Virus record (IMG/VR): IMGVR_UViG_3300045988_054045
Source: a virus
Length of the DNA stretch: 64,000 bases
Reading direction: 5' to 3' (one strand)
In this document: positions 19,631 to 28,275 of the stretch, in pieces
How positions within the stretch are numbered: position 1 is the first letter of the stretch
How the letters are laid out: each line of letters starts with the position of its first letter
Position numbers and translations under genes: made by a program
Notes under the pieces: generated by a model
What the model saw: the letters and a program-made list of their open reading frames with translations, nothing else
Database searches by the model: none
What the model was told of the DNA's origin: nothing

Positions 19631-20101
19631 ATATAATAACAATATAGCCTAACTATAAAACTTATAATATAGCCTAAATGTATAACGCCTACAGTATTGT
19701 GCCGATACTGAGTTATTGTATTCGGTATACACTTTTGGAATTAATCCAACCAAGAGTGTATTAACTTGAAAAATGGATTTATTATGGACTAAAAACAACC
19801 AGCCCAAGGTGAGAGGATAGTTCCTCTTTTAAAAATCCTTGGTTGTCCTGAAGCCCAAGGGACGTAATCAAAAGCGGGCAAGTTATAGTATAGCTCATCG
19901 TACTTATGAGATGGGATAGTAGGATTCACACTCCTATGAATTATGTGATAGAACGTGTGCGTTAGGGGAACGTTACATATCCCAAAAGGTTTAGAGAGTG
20001 TACCTTAAACACTCTCTTCTATATTTGTCTGTCCCAAGAGGCGGTATAGGAGCAATTAACTAGCTTGGGAATAGATTAACTTTTTTAAAAATTTAAGTAT
20101 T
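19631..20101 (+). other. 470-nt ORF-free structured leader upstream of ORF 20102
   Basis: Repeated ATATAGCCTAA (x2) and CCCAAGG/CCCAAGGG/CCCAAAAGG/CCCAAGAGG motifs, plus several hairpins. Confidence 0.3.
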
Positions 20102-20623
20102 ATGGCATTAAGTCAGAATGTTGCAACTGCACTCCAGAGAGTGAAGGTTGCTGGTGGTCAAGTAGGTAATGGTGTTAGCTTTGCAAACATCGAAGTACGT
20201 GTGAATGATGGTAGCAATATGTTTGCTGAAGGGGATGAATTTGAAATTCCTTCTGGTGAAGATTTGCAAGCTTGTAAGTTCATTCGTAAGTTCAATGGCA
20301 ATCCTGCTCCTGGTATCTTTGTTGAGGTTGCTGGTCAGCCGAAAGAATTGTATCTCAGTTCATTCGTAAAGGCTGTTGTACCTTACAATGATGATAGCAC
20401 AAGAGCAAAGGACGCTGCTGGAAACAATCTGCCTGCTGTGATTGCTACGGGTACAGCCGTTGACCTTTGGAAACAATCGGCAGATGCTGAGTCAGCTTTG
20501 AACAGCATTGCGGGTAAGAAATTGAAAATCTCCCAAATCCAATCGGTACAGACCATGCGACAGAGAGCTAATGGTACTAGAACATTGGGTAATCAATGGG
20601 TATTCAAAATCGACCTCGCATAA
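20102..20623 (+). CDS. hypothetical protein (173 aa), paralog of ORF 18330
   Basis: ORF track; see the paralogy motifs listed for ORF 18330. Confidence 0.6.
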   Translation: MALSQNVATALQRVKVAGGQVGNGVSFANIEVRVNDGSNMFAEGDEFEIPSGEDLQACKFIRKFNGNPAPGIFVEVAGQPKELYLSSFVKAVVPYNDDSTRAKDAAGNNLPAVIATGTAVDLWKQSADAESALNSIAGKKLKISQIQSVQTMRQRANGTRTLGNQWVFKIDLA

Positions 20624-20893
20624 CCGTAACCGTTAAAGGTGAATTAGTAGGTGACAGAATCCTCAGAGCAGGAACTGTCATCTACTCAGTTCTACCTAAC
20701 CCAGATGTTCCTAAGTATGATACATGTTTCTTTCTGCTACAGAAAGTAGGATATGTATATGCTATCTTAAACTATGTTGTATTGAGTCTGCACAACAAGA
20801 GCAACAAAGTAAGGAATGAGCATGGGGAGCAACACAAAGTCCTACCAAATTCCAAATTTTCCAAACATTCAAATGGGACTGGTTAAGGACTAA

Positions 20894-20936
20894 GTAAGAG
20901 AATACACTTTTCTAATGGTTTGTTGTGTTCTCTTAC
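20894..20936 (+). terminator. long hairpin, terminator candidate
   Basis: GTAAGAGAATACAC...GTGTTCTCTTAC (12 bp plus a bulge). Confidence 0.45.
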
Positions 20937-21042
20937 ACTATTTAATCCCAAATTTAGGAAATTGTCTGACGAGTCTTTGAAAATTAAGACGAAACGCCTT
21001 TAACTAGGCGTCACAATAACTAAATCAACTAATCGTAATAAC

Positions 21043-21117
21043 ATGGATATACTCATTTATTTTCTTTTATTTTGTATATTCTTGGTAGGAGTACTTTCAT
21101 GTGTATTCAAAGACTAA
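21043..21117 (+). CDS. hydrophobic micro-ORF (24 aa)
   Basis: MDILIYFLLFCIFLVGVLSCVFKD, 8 nt after an AACTAATCG motif. Confidence 0.25.
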   Translation: MDILIYFLLFCIFLVGVLSCVFKD

Positions 21118-21136
21118 ACATAAAGCATTACTTCTT

Positions 21137-21442
21137 ATGAGAATAAACAAATTTGGACAAGTTACGAATAAGAGTAGTGACTTACTCCTTACTCCTCAGC
21201 AGGAGGAATTTATGAAATCCCTATTGGATAATGGCAAAGCAACATCGTTATCATTACGTTATGGTAGAGCAGTAGCTAATAAGGTTATTATACCATCAAC
21301 GATACATGATATGACCTTTGATAGCATGGAAGAAGCATTTAAGTGTATGGACTCATTAGAATATGCAGCAGAGCATACTAATGACTTTGACAGCCAAGAT
21401 GCTAATTTGATGCAAGCACTTCAATATTATTTTGGAAAATAA
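21137..21442 (+). CDS. hypothetical protein (101 aa)
   Basis: ORF track; start moved to the first ATG. Confidence 0.55.
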   Translation: MRINKFGQVTNKSSDLLLTPQQEEFMKSLLDNGKATSLSLRYGRAVANKVIIPSTIHDMTFDSMEEAFKCMDSLEYAAEHTNDFDSQDANLMQALQYYFGK

Positions 21443-21458
21443 CTTAAAATCTCACAAA

Positions 21459-21641
21459 ATGGTAACAAAAGAAATAAATGACCTTATGAGTCTTATTGCT
21501 GACACTGCATTTCGTATTGGTGCTGGCATTATAATTGACAAGGCATATATTGAATATCATTTGGACCAAGTTGAAGATAAAGATATAAGAGAGCATAGTA
21601 AAAATGTAATTAATTCTCTACTATCAGCCAAAGGTCTTTAA
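21459..21641 (+). CDS. hypothetical protein (60 aa)
   Basis: ORF track; start moved to the first ATG. Confidence 0.5.
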   Translation: MVTKEINDLMSLIADTAFRIGAGIIIDKAYIEYHLDQVEDKDIREHSKNVINSLLSAKGL

Positions 21642-21708
21642 CACTATACAGAACACCTATCGCTGTAAAGGATAGGCAAGTTTAAACTAATCGCAAATCA
21701 ATCTCATA

Positions 21709-22599
21709 ATGAACACTTTACAATTACCTAGAGATATAGAAAAAGCACTTCAACTAAGTTGGGATGATATGCATCCTCTTACAGAGAAGTATAAATCCGA
21801 AATAACGGAAAAGCTTTCTACTATTATGTGCGTACCTAAGAAAAATATCTCTTGTAGAAGCAAATCTACTTTGAGATACCTAAACAGTGTATATAACATA
21901 AAGCTGACACAAGGAGTGGGAATTAGAACTCTATTAATAAATAATTCTGTTCTTACCTCATTAAAAGTTACTTGCTATAATTATACATTAGCAGAGTTGT
22001 ATCTTATAGACTTGGCTTGCAATTATATTCTATCTCAGCCCAACTTTCAACCTGGTAAGCAGGAAGAGATAAAGATTGCAGACATGACTATTGAAGACCA
22101 TATAAAAAGGCTCTTCAACTACAAACTGGGCAAAATAAACTCTACTATAGAAAGGAGATTAAAGAAAGAGTTTGGATTCACTTTAGATACCAAAACTTTC
22201 TCACTACCAGAAATCGTAACTGTACAAGTTGAAGTGTATCGTGAAGGTGTATTAATATATACCAATGAGGATGACTTCAAAGCTAGAGATGGCAGAATCA
22301 TACATAGTCTTGATGTAAAGAGAAGAATGACAGCATTAAAGACCAATGGATGGTTATACTTACTATCTAAAATCCCAACTCCAGACCGTAACACTGCAAA
22401 TATGAACACTCTCAAGGATAGTATATTTAGTCTAGAAAGGGAGCTGCAGTCGTTCCAAGAGAGTATAGTAGCTATTAAGGAATGTATTAACAGGAGGGAT
22501 GAAATTCACACTGTTCCCTACAATGCTCAAATAGATTCCATAAGAGCCAAGTTCAATCAAATGGTCAAGGATTATAATAAATATATAAAAGAACAATAA
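21709..22599 (+). CDS. hypothetical protein (296 aa)
   Basis: Long ORF with an AACTAATCG motif 16 nt upstream. Confidence 0.65.
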   Translation: MNTLQLPRDIEKALQLSWDDMHPLTEKYKSEITEKLSTIMCVPKKNISCRSKSTLRYLNSVYNIKLTQGVGIRTLLINNSVLTSLKVTCYNYTLAELYLIDLACNYILSQPNFQPGKQEEIKIADMTIEDHIKRLFNYKLGKINSTIERRLKKEFGFTLDTKTFSLPEIVTVQVEVYREGVLIYTNEDDFKARDGRIIHSLDVKRRMTALKTNGWLYLLSKIPTPDRNTANMNTLKDSIFSLERELQSFQESIVAIKECINRRDEIHTVPYNAQIDSIRAKFNQMVKDYNKYIKEQ

Positions 22600-22608
22600 A
22601 CCTACGTA

Positions 22609-22640
22609 ATGGGTGCTAGTTTAATAGCTAGCACCATTTA
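22609..22640 (+). terminator. hairpin terminator candidate
   Basis: ATGGGTGCTAG-tttaata-GCTAGCACCAT followed by TTT. Confidence 0.45.
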
Positions 22641-23310
22641 TCCATAATTAAGGCAGGTTCTCCGCGAGGAGAATAGGTGAAAGTACAAGTGCTTAGGTTG
22701 ATTACTGTGAATCGAGTAACTGAAGACCTGTGCTCACTTGGTATAAGAAGAAGCGTTTAATAGTGTACATAAAAGCGTGGATACTCAGAGCACCAAGTAT
22801 GGTTGTAGGTAAAAAACTCAATAACTTTCCAAGACATTGAGGACACCAGTTTCTTTACTATAAAATGCGCGCAAACTACCAAAAGGTGTGAGTTGCTGCT
22901 TGTAAAGTTTTAGGTGTAAAATGCGTTGATAATCTTTACTGAAAGGATTATTCACTTGTGGACAAAGACTATAATGGGTACGCCCTGAGACTAATGCAGA
23001 GCATCTCTTATTCCAAACAGTATGACCTTGATACTGGAGAGATGTCTTATCGAGACGGTAAGGCAAAGTATTGTGAAGTTGTTTGCGCACTAGCAACTGA
23101 AGACAGTCACGTACGATTTAATGACAGAGGTTATTAAATGACTGTAGGCACAGGAAAGTCTTGTTTATTGTAAAATTCCAAATATTTTTATGGAGAATAT
23201 AATTTCTCGATACCCCGTGAAGGGGTCGGCATCATGACTAAGCCTTTACGTGGCGATGCTATAAGTATATCTTATAACTAGATAGAAACTAATTAGTCAT
23301 ATTGTTTAAT
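22641..23310 (+). ncRNA. unclassified large structured RNA candidate (about 670 nt)
   Basis: No convincing ORF. GNRA-capped TTCTCC-GCGA-GGAGAA (22658-22673), ACCCC-GTGAA-GGGGT (23212-23226), many other stems. Confidence 0.3.
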
Positions 23311-23327
23311 TTAATAACTAATCGACA

Positions 23328-23621
23328 ATGAAAATTGAAAAGAACAAATTGGTGAATCGTGCTCAAGTATTAAACCCAGACATTCAGTTAGGTGTAATTG
23401 CCTATTCTGTTGCTGAAATGGCATCTATAATCGAACAGACAAATGCTAAGCTCAGCAGTGGGGAAGTCACTGAGGAACAGCACAAAGCTATAGTTAATGA
23501 TTGTACTGAGTACATCAAGTCAGCTAAAGAAATGTGTGTAGAATCCAACTTGGATTGGAACGTGTGTATCCTGCTGTCTCGTATTAATCTCGATAAGTAT
23601 GTGGAAAGCAAGATTGACTAA
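23328..23621 (+). CDS. hypothetical protein (97 aa)
   Basis: ORF track; AACTAATCG motif 4 nt upstream. Confidence 0.55.
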   Translation: MKIEKNKLVNRAQVLNPDIQLGVIAYSVAEMASIIEQTNAKLSSGEVTEEQHKAIVNDCTEYIKSAKEMCVESNLDWNVCILLSRINLDKYVESKID

Positions 23622-23751
23622 AGCCGTGTTCCTGTTATTTGCAGGATATTTAGGCTTCCATTGCTATATGGCATCCTTTTGGTTGCCATTAGTATTGTGT
23701 GTATTACTTATGATTTTTATTATTTCACTTAAAAACAAAGATTTAGCATGA
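23614..23751 (+). CDS. small TM2-like membrane protein (45 aa, non-ATG start)
   Basis: FLLFAGYLGFHCYM...hydrophobic sequence. ATGA overlap with the next gene. The TTG or GTG start is uncertain. Confidence 0.3.
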   Translation: MTKAVFLLFAGYLGFHCYMASFWLPLVLCVLLMIFIISLKNKDLA

Positions 23752-24188
23752 AAAAGATTGATGCAATTTTGAACAGAGAACAAGAAAAGTATCCTGCTCT
23801 TATCAACAAATTATCTATGATTCTTGAACCATTTGCACTGCTGGCAACAGGTAACGCTCCTGTATATGTAGGACGTATTGCCGAAGAAATGGCAGTCAAA
23901 GAGTGTAAAGAATGTGGTGCTTTCATATTCAGCATAGAAGGCAACGACTTGGCTTATGTAGACCTGAAGAAGATGGAAGCCTCTGTGTTCGGTGGTGAAC
24001 ATTTCTCTATATCCACTGAAGATGCTCAGTCTGTAAAGAATGTGCTGGAAGCATTGAAACATCGTGACGGTAGCGATAATGACATTGACCCTGTTAAGGA
24101 CATTATCGATGGTATGCCCAAGGAACTCAAATCACTTCTCGGAGCTGCTATTGCAGTATCAAGACTCCGCAAGAGAGGAGATAACTAA
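23748..24188 (+). CDS. hypothetical protein (146 aa)
   Basis: ORF track. Confidence 0.6.
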   Translation: MKKIDAILNREQEKYPALINKLSMILEPFALLATGNAPVYVGRIAEEMAVKECKECGAFIFSIEGNDLAYVDLKKMEASVFGGEHFSISTEDAQSVKNVLEALKHRDGSDNDIDPVKDIIDGMPKELKSLLGAAIAVSRLRKRGDN

Positions 24189-24215
24189 AGAAGGTTTTTG
24201 AAGACAAATATCATT

Positions 24216-24247
24216 GGGCTAATTTGCTGTGAAGCACGTTAGTCCAC
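24216..24247 (+). other. acceptor-like minihelix GGGCTAA/TTAGTCC-ACA with TTTGCTGTGAAG loop
   Basis: 7-bp stem with G3:U70-type wobble and an ACA tail. The 3' strand is identical to the fragment at 27096-27105. Confidence 0.35.
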
Positions 24248-24269
24248 ACTCTTTTAAACATAATTGAGA

Positions 24270-24470
24270 ATGAATATAAAAGAACAATTATTACAAGGTA
24301 AACCATTTTCAGGAAGAAATGGAGCTTTTACTGGTAGAGTTGAACCTCAATCAATAGATGGTGATACTCTGATAGTTATTTGTGATAAGGATGGAACTAG
24401 ATGGCATGAAGGTTGGGAACTTCAACATACTATCTGGGGTTTTGAACGTGGTGATTATTATTTCCTATGA
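24270..24470 (+). CDS. hypothetical protein (66 aa)
   Basis: ORF track; start moved to the first ATG. Confidence 0.5.
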   Translation: MNIKEQLLQGKPFSGRNGAFTGRVEPQSIDGDTLIVICDKDGTRWHEGWELQHTIWGFERGDYYFL

Positions 24471-24868
24471 GTAAGTGTGATATATCTAAATGCCATGCGA
24501 GTTGTTGTTATAATGCTCCATTGCCTAAGAAATACATATTTGCATTAAAGAATAGGATTGTTAATGCAGTCAAAGAAATCATGGTTCTTGATGATGAGAA
24601 GATGAAGAATGAGATAATGTGTTATCCCATTACTGATTATGACCCAGAAAAGAACAAATGTCCATTTCTAACGGAGAATTGCAGATGCAATATATATGAC
24701 AGAAGACCACCAATATGTAAGAAGTTTGGTAACGGTACTGAACCATTATTAACTTGTACTTATTTGGTTCCAGAAGAACAGAGAGAATCTGTATTAGCTG
24801 GATATAAATCTGCTGTTAATAGATTAACATCTCCAGCTGCATTAGAAATGGCAAAGAAATACAAATAA
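24467..24868 (+). CDS. YkgJ-like Cys-cluster (Zn/Fe-chelating) protein
   Basis: CHASCCYNAP...CPFL...CRCNIYDRRPPICKKF pattern. Confidence 0.5.
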   Translation: MSKCDISKCHASCCYNAPLPKKYIFALKNRIVNAVKEIMVLDDEKMKNEIMCYPITDYDPEKNKCPFLTENCRCNIYDRRPPICKKFGNGTEPLLTCTYLVPEEQRESVLAGYKSAVNRLTSPAALEMAKKYK

Positions 24869-24870
24869 CT

Positions 24871-25233
24871 ATGCCTAAGGATTACGCACTAAGAAAATTA
24901 CACTCTAAGGAGGAAAAGGTTATCTTCTGTGGGTGTGATGCTATAAGTGGCTTATTAATTCATTACCTACTTGATGAATTGTTTGGTAGAGGTGAGTATA
25001 AAATACTACATCGCTATGATTTACAATTACAGCAAGATTGGGAATGGACTATTGATGAGCCGATTCCCGACAAAGATATTATTAAGGAATGGTTCTTTAA
25101 AGAGCCTGAGAGAATAATCACTACTTGTTGGGATTACGAGAGAACACTTAAAGCTGTAGAGGATGCACAGATTAGTAATGTGCGAGTCTATGAGTTTTGT
25201 AGGTATAAACACATAACTGACTTACCATTCTAA
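24871..25233 (+). CDS. hypothetical protein (120 aa)
   Basis: ORF track. Confidence 0.55.
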   Translation: MPKDYALRKLHSKEEKVIFCGCDAISGLLIHYLLDELFGRGEYKILHRYDLQLQQDWEWTIDEPIPDKDIIKEWFFKEPERIITTCWDYERTLKAVEDAQISNVRVYEFCRYKHITDLPF

Positions 25234-25235
25234 TT

Positions 25236-25667
25236 ATGGAAGAAGTGTACATACAAGTTCCTAGAAGAATCTATCTTGAAATGCTTGGAGAGATAGAAGA
25301 CTTAAAGGAGGAGTTAGAGAAAAAGGATACACTACTAAGTGAACCAGATTCCTATGACAAATTCCTAATTAGGAAGAGTAAATACATTAATGGTCTTGTT
25401 AATTATTCAGTTGGCTATATAAACAACCAACAGAAGTTAAAAGCGACTAAAGAGACCCTTGATGCCTTGAGGGTCAGTTATAATACTCTAAACGATTTAT
25501 ATAATCAAAAGGTTGAGGAAATGAACACTTTAGCTAGTAACGTTAAAGAGGTTATGAGGTCACTTAGTGCTTGTATCAACAGGACTAGTCCTACCAACCG
25601 TATGAAGCAGGCTCAGAGTAGCTTGGCAAAGTTATATAACTCATTACTCAAAGGTGCAGGAGTATAA
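25236..25667 (+). CDS. coiled-coil protein (143 aa)
   Basis: ORF track. Confidence 0.55.
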   Translation: MEEVYIQVPRRIYLEMLGEIEDLKEELEKKDTLLSEPDSYDKFLIRKSKYINGLVNYSVGYINNQQKLKATKETLDALRVSYNTLNDLYNQKVEEMNTLASNVKEVMRSLSACINRTSPTNRMKQAQSSLAKLYNSLLKGAGV

Positions 25668-25679
25668 CTGCACCAACTT

Positions 25680-26227
25680 GGGCTTGTATGGTTTTGACAG
25701 GTGATTACAAGTTATGAGGACGTGTAGAGTTGGCACCAACTCTTATAAAATGATGCGCAAATTTAAGTGGCAACACTGTTTACAGAATGGTAGCTTAAGC
25801 TACTGGCTTATTAGTATTAACATATTAATATAGTCGGGTTAATGGAGAAGACCTAGAAACAGAAGAGGTGTGGGAAGAAGCATTATAGGAGCAGCCCACT
25901 TAACTTGAAAGCCAAAGGTTAGTAAAGCTGAGATTCTCCGCAAATGTGTATAGTAGGGACGCAAGGGTTTTACCTAAAAGTGCTACTCGTTCTTCAACGT
26001 AAATGAAGTGGTGGAGAGGATGACTTCGGTCAGCCCTATAGTTTGGTAGCTTGTAAATATAGCTTTACGTGTATTGTTGCCTTCATTGCGATGGAAACTA
26101 GGATGCAAATAAGTCTATTAAAACTATCTATATGCCAGAACTCACTGGCTGATGTAATATAAATGAGACACACGTTATCCTTATAATAAGGATTGTCTGG
26201 ACGGCAGTTCGATTCTGCCCAAGTCCA
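25680..26227 (+). ncRNA. ssrA: tmRNA-like RNA
   Basis: 5' GGGCTTG-TATGGTTTTGACAGG. 3' GGAC-GGCAG-TTCGATT-CTGCC-CAAGTCC-A. 7-bp acceptor with G3:U70. Candidate tag frame 25757-25798 with its stop in a hairpin loop. Confidence 0.6.
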
Positions 26228-26241
26228 CTTGAACTATAAAA

Positions 26242-26260
26242 ACTTACCTCAGAGGTAAGT
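26242..26260. terminator. hairpin between the tmRNA-like 3' end and the convergent HNH gene
   Basis: ACTTACC-tcaga-GGTAAGT. Confidence 0.4.
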
Positions 26261-26808
26261 CAGCTGTTGATAATATTAGCTGAAATAACTCTGAGGTATT
26301 CTCTTGTTTGCTCGTCACTCATAGTATTTTTCATATAGTTAATGGGAGTTGAAATAAATTGAATATTTCCAACTTCATATGGTCTGTCTGAATCAATTCT
26401 ATCAAGTGATGCTCGTATTGTGACATCTAAAGTATTAACATTACCGTTTTCTGGCAATGTTAGCCTCAATTTAGTGTAAGGACATACTCCTTGTTGGAGT
26501 TCCCATTGCTCTTGTAAATCTTCAAGAGTAAGTGTGCATCCTTTATATCTTCTCTTAGCACATCTAAGAGAATATCTAAATGGTGTAAATTCATCTCTGT
26601 GGTTATTAGAATATTGAGATATGTTATGATTAGGGTTAGTTGGCTTAGCTCTGTGTGAGTTATTATACCTAGCTGCACAACTTCTACTACAAAAGTTCTT
26701 CTTATCTAACCTGATGTTTCTCTCATACTCTGATTTAGCTTTAGTGGCTTCTTTACCACAGCAATCACAAATAAATTGGACTTGTGTTCGGTGATTTCTA
26801 CTTTCCAT
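26260..26808 (-). CDS. HNH-type homing endonuclease
   Basis: N-terminal Cys pairs (CDCCGK...CSRSC). C-terminal SLDRIDSDRPYEVGNIQFISTPINYMKN motif. Only minus-strand gene in this region. Start set at ATG 26808. Confidence 0.7.
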   Translation of the reverse strand: MESRNHRTQVQFICDCCGKEATKAKSEYERNIRLDKKNFCSRSCAARYNNSHRAKPTNPNHNISQYSNNHRDEFTPFRYSLRCAKRRYKGCTLTLEDLQEQWELQQGVCPYTKLRLTLPENGNVNTLDVTIRASLDRIDSDRPYEVGNIQFISTPINYMKNTMSDEQTREYLRVISANIINS

Positions 26809-26870
26809 ATTATATAATTTAATATGCAAATATACGAAATTTTGTGGAAACGAACAAGTTAAATATTGTT

Positions 26871-26895
26871 AGGGTTCGACTCCGCCCAAGTCCAC
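26871..26895 (+). repeat. displaced tmRNA/tRNA 3'-end copy (GGGTTCGACTCCGCCCAAGTCCACA)
   Basis: Shares the CCCAAGTCCAC end with 26218-26228. Confidence 0.55.
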
Positions 26896-27080
26896 ACGGA
26901 TTAACGCCTATAATGAGTGCACTTGTTATAGGACACTAATGATGCTACTTAGGAATAACTACTCCGCAGGTAGGTAATTTAGAAACTTCTCAAAGTCATT
27001 GCAAGGGCGGAGAGAAGAGACTTATTGCTGGTTTGGGAAATTTAAACCTATAGTGTCGGTGTGCTAAATGATTTAGTGAT

Positions 27081-27105
27081 GGGTTCGAATCCCTGTTAGT
27101 CCACA
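27081..27105 (+). repeat. second displaced 3'-end-like fragment (GGGTTCGAATCCCTGTTAGTCCACA)
   Basis: T-loop plus an acceptor 3' strand, with only a 3-bp T-stem. Confidence 0.45.
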
Positions 27106-27235
27106 AAGCGGGATGCCGAAGAATCAGTACTATACGCTTCATATTGGTTTAGGCAATAGGTCTTGAAATACAGAATGAGAGATGTCACCTGCATCTCTCC
27201 CGCTATTTTATGTTTAACTAATCGACAAATTGAAA

Positions 27236-28030
27236 ATGGAAAATTTAGACTTTGCTGACATGATTAAGGACATTCCCACAGAGAGTGTCTATGTACTTAC
27301 AGAAAAGAATGCTGATGTTATTAAGGCACTCAGATTACTTCCTGGCAATAGACCTATAAAGGCTAAGAAAGTAGAATCTTTAATAGAGGCTTACAAACAA
27401 GGCGTGTACATTCCACCAATATTAGTAGCTGTACCCTACAGATTTGTAACTGAGGGTAATCACAGATTAGCTGCGGCTCTGGAGTGTATAGAAAAAGGTA
27501 TTCCGTTTACCCTTAGAGTATATATGTATAAGGACGATGATTCGTTAGAAACAGCTCGTCTCATTAATAATTCCCAAGATAGATGGAAAGCTAACGATAG
27601 GTTAGACTCATATGTCTATGAGAGAAAAGAAGCATATGTTCGTCTTAAAGAGTTTATGGATTCGTACCCATCAGTCTTCAAGCTGGCTAACGTATATTCA
27701 ATCCAGGCTGCTTTGTGTATACTAGCATCTGGAAGGACCAGACAATCTATGCGAAATGCCTTTAACTCTGGTAAATTAGTAATAACAGAGGAAGCTATCT
27801 CTCATGGTAAAGAGTTGATGGAAGAACTTATCTTGATTTCGGAGATATTGAATACTAATTCAGTATTTGTCAGAGACCATTCAACTGCATGGGATAAGGC
27901 TAGAGATAGATTAGGTATATCCTTTAATAAATTTGTAGTTAGACTGCGGAAGAAGGCTGATACTTGGGAAGAACCCAAGGATAGTATTGAGGCGTGGTTT
28001 ACTATGTATCTCAAAGTTGCTGGATTATGA
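27236..28030 (+). CDS. ParB/Srx-like N-terminal domain protein
   Basis: FVTEGNHRLAAAL (the GxHR ParB-nuclease-like motif). AACTAATCG motif upstream. Confidence 0.55.
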   Translation: MENLDFADMIKDIPTESVYVLTEKNADVIKALRLLPGNRPIKAKKVESLIEAYKQGVYIPPILVAVPYRFVTEGNHRLAAALECIEKGIPFTLRVYMYKDDDSLETARLINNSQDRWKANDRLDSYVYERKEAYVRLKEFMDSYPSVFKLANVYSIQAALCILASGRTRQSMRNAFNSGKLVITEEAISHGKELMEELILISEILNTNSVFVRDHSTAWDKARDRLGISFNKFVVRLRKKADTWEEPKDSIEAWFTMYLKVAGL

Positions 28031-28275
28031 AAAGAGTGTACATTCAAATCATTGACCCAATTAATGGCACGTGTGTAAATGCGTGCCATGAATATCCTGA
28101 TGGTTATACTCAAGCTATTGACGCTACTCTCAGACAGTATGATGTGTATGATACTGGATATAGAGTTAAGGTTGTGGATGAAGAGGAAAAGTTTCCTATA
28201 ATGCCTGAATATATGAGGCTCTATGGAACTGTATCTGGTACATCTAAGCTAATAAATATGACAATCATAGGATAA
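28027..28275 (+). CDS. hypothetical protein (82 aa)
   Basis: ATGA overlap with the ParB-like gene. Confidence 0.5.
   Translation: MKRVYIQIIDPINGTCVNACHEYPDGYTQAIDATLRQYDVYDTGYRVKVVDEEEKFPIMPEYMRLYGTVSGTSKLINMTIIG

Larger units (their letters stand above)
26228..26895. mobile_element. HNH cassette inserted at the tmRNA-like 3' end
   Basis: Bounded by an intact 3' end (26203-26227) and a displaced partial copy (26871-26895) that lacks the 5' T-stem strand. Confidence 0.4.

Noticed and set aside
20596-20886. 96-aa ORF overlapping the end of ORF 20102 and running into the following spacer
   Set aside because: It starts inside the upstream gene and has low-complexity, odd composition. The region ends in a strong hairpin, so it is more likely a 3' UTR. 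Not fully excluded.
22818-23096. 92-aa minus-strand ORF inside the 22.6-23.3 kb gap
   Set aside because: It would be the only minus-strand gene for several kb in either direction. It has no start context and is rich in rare residues, so the region is better explained as structured RNA.
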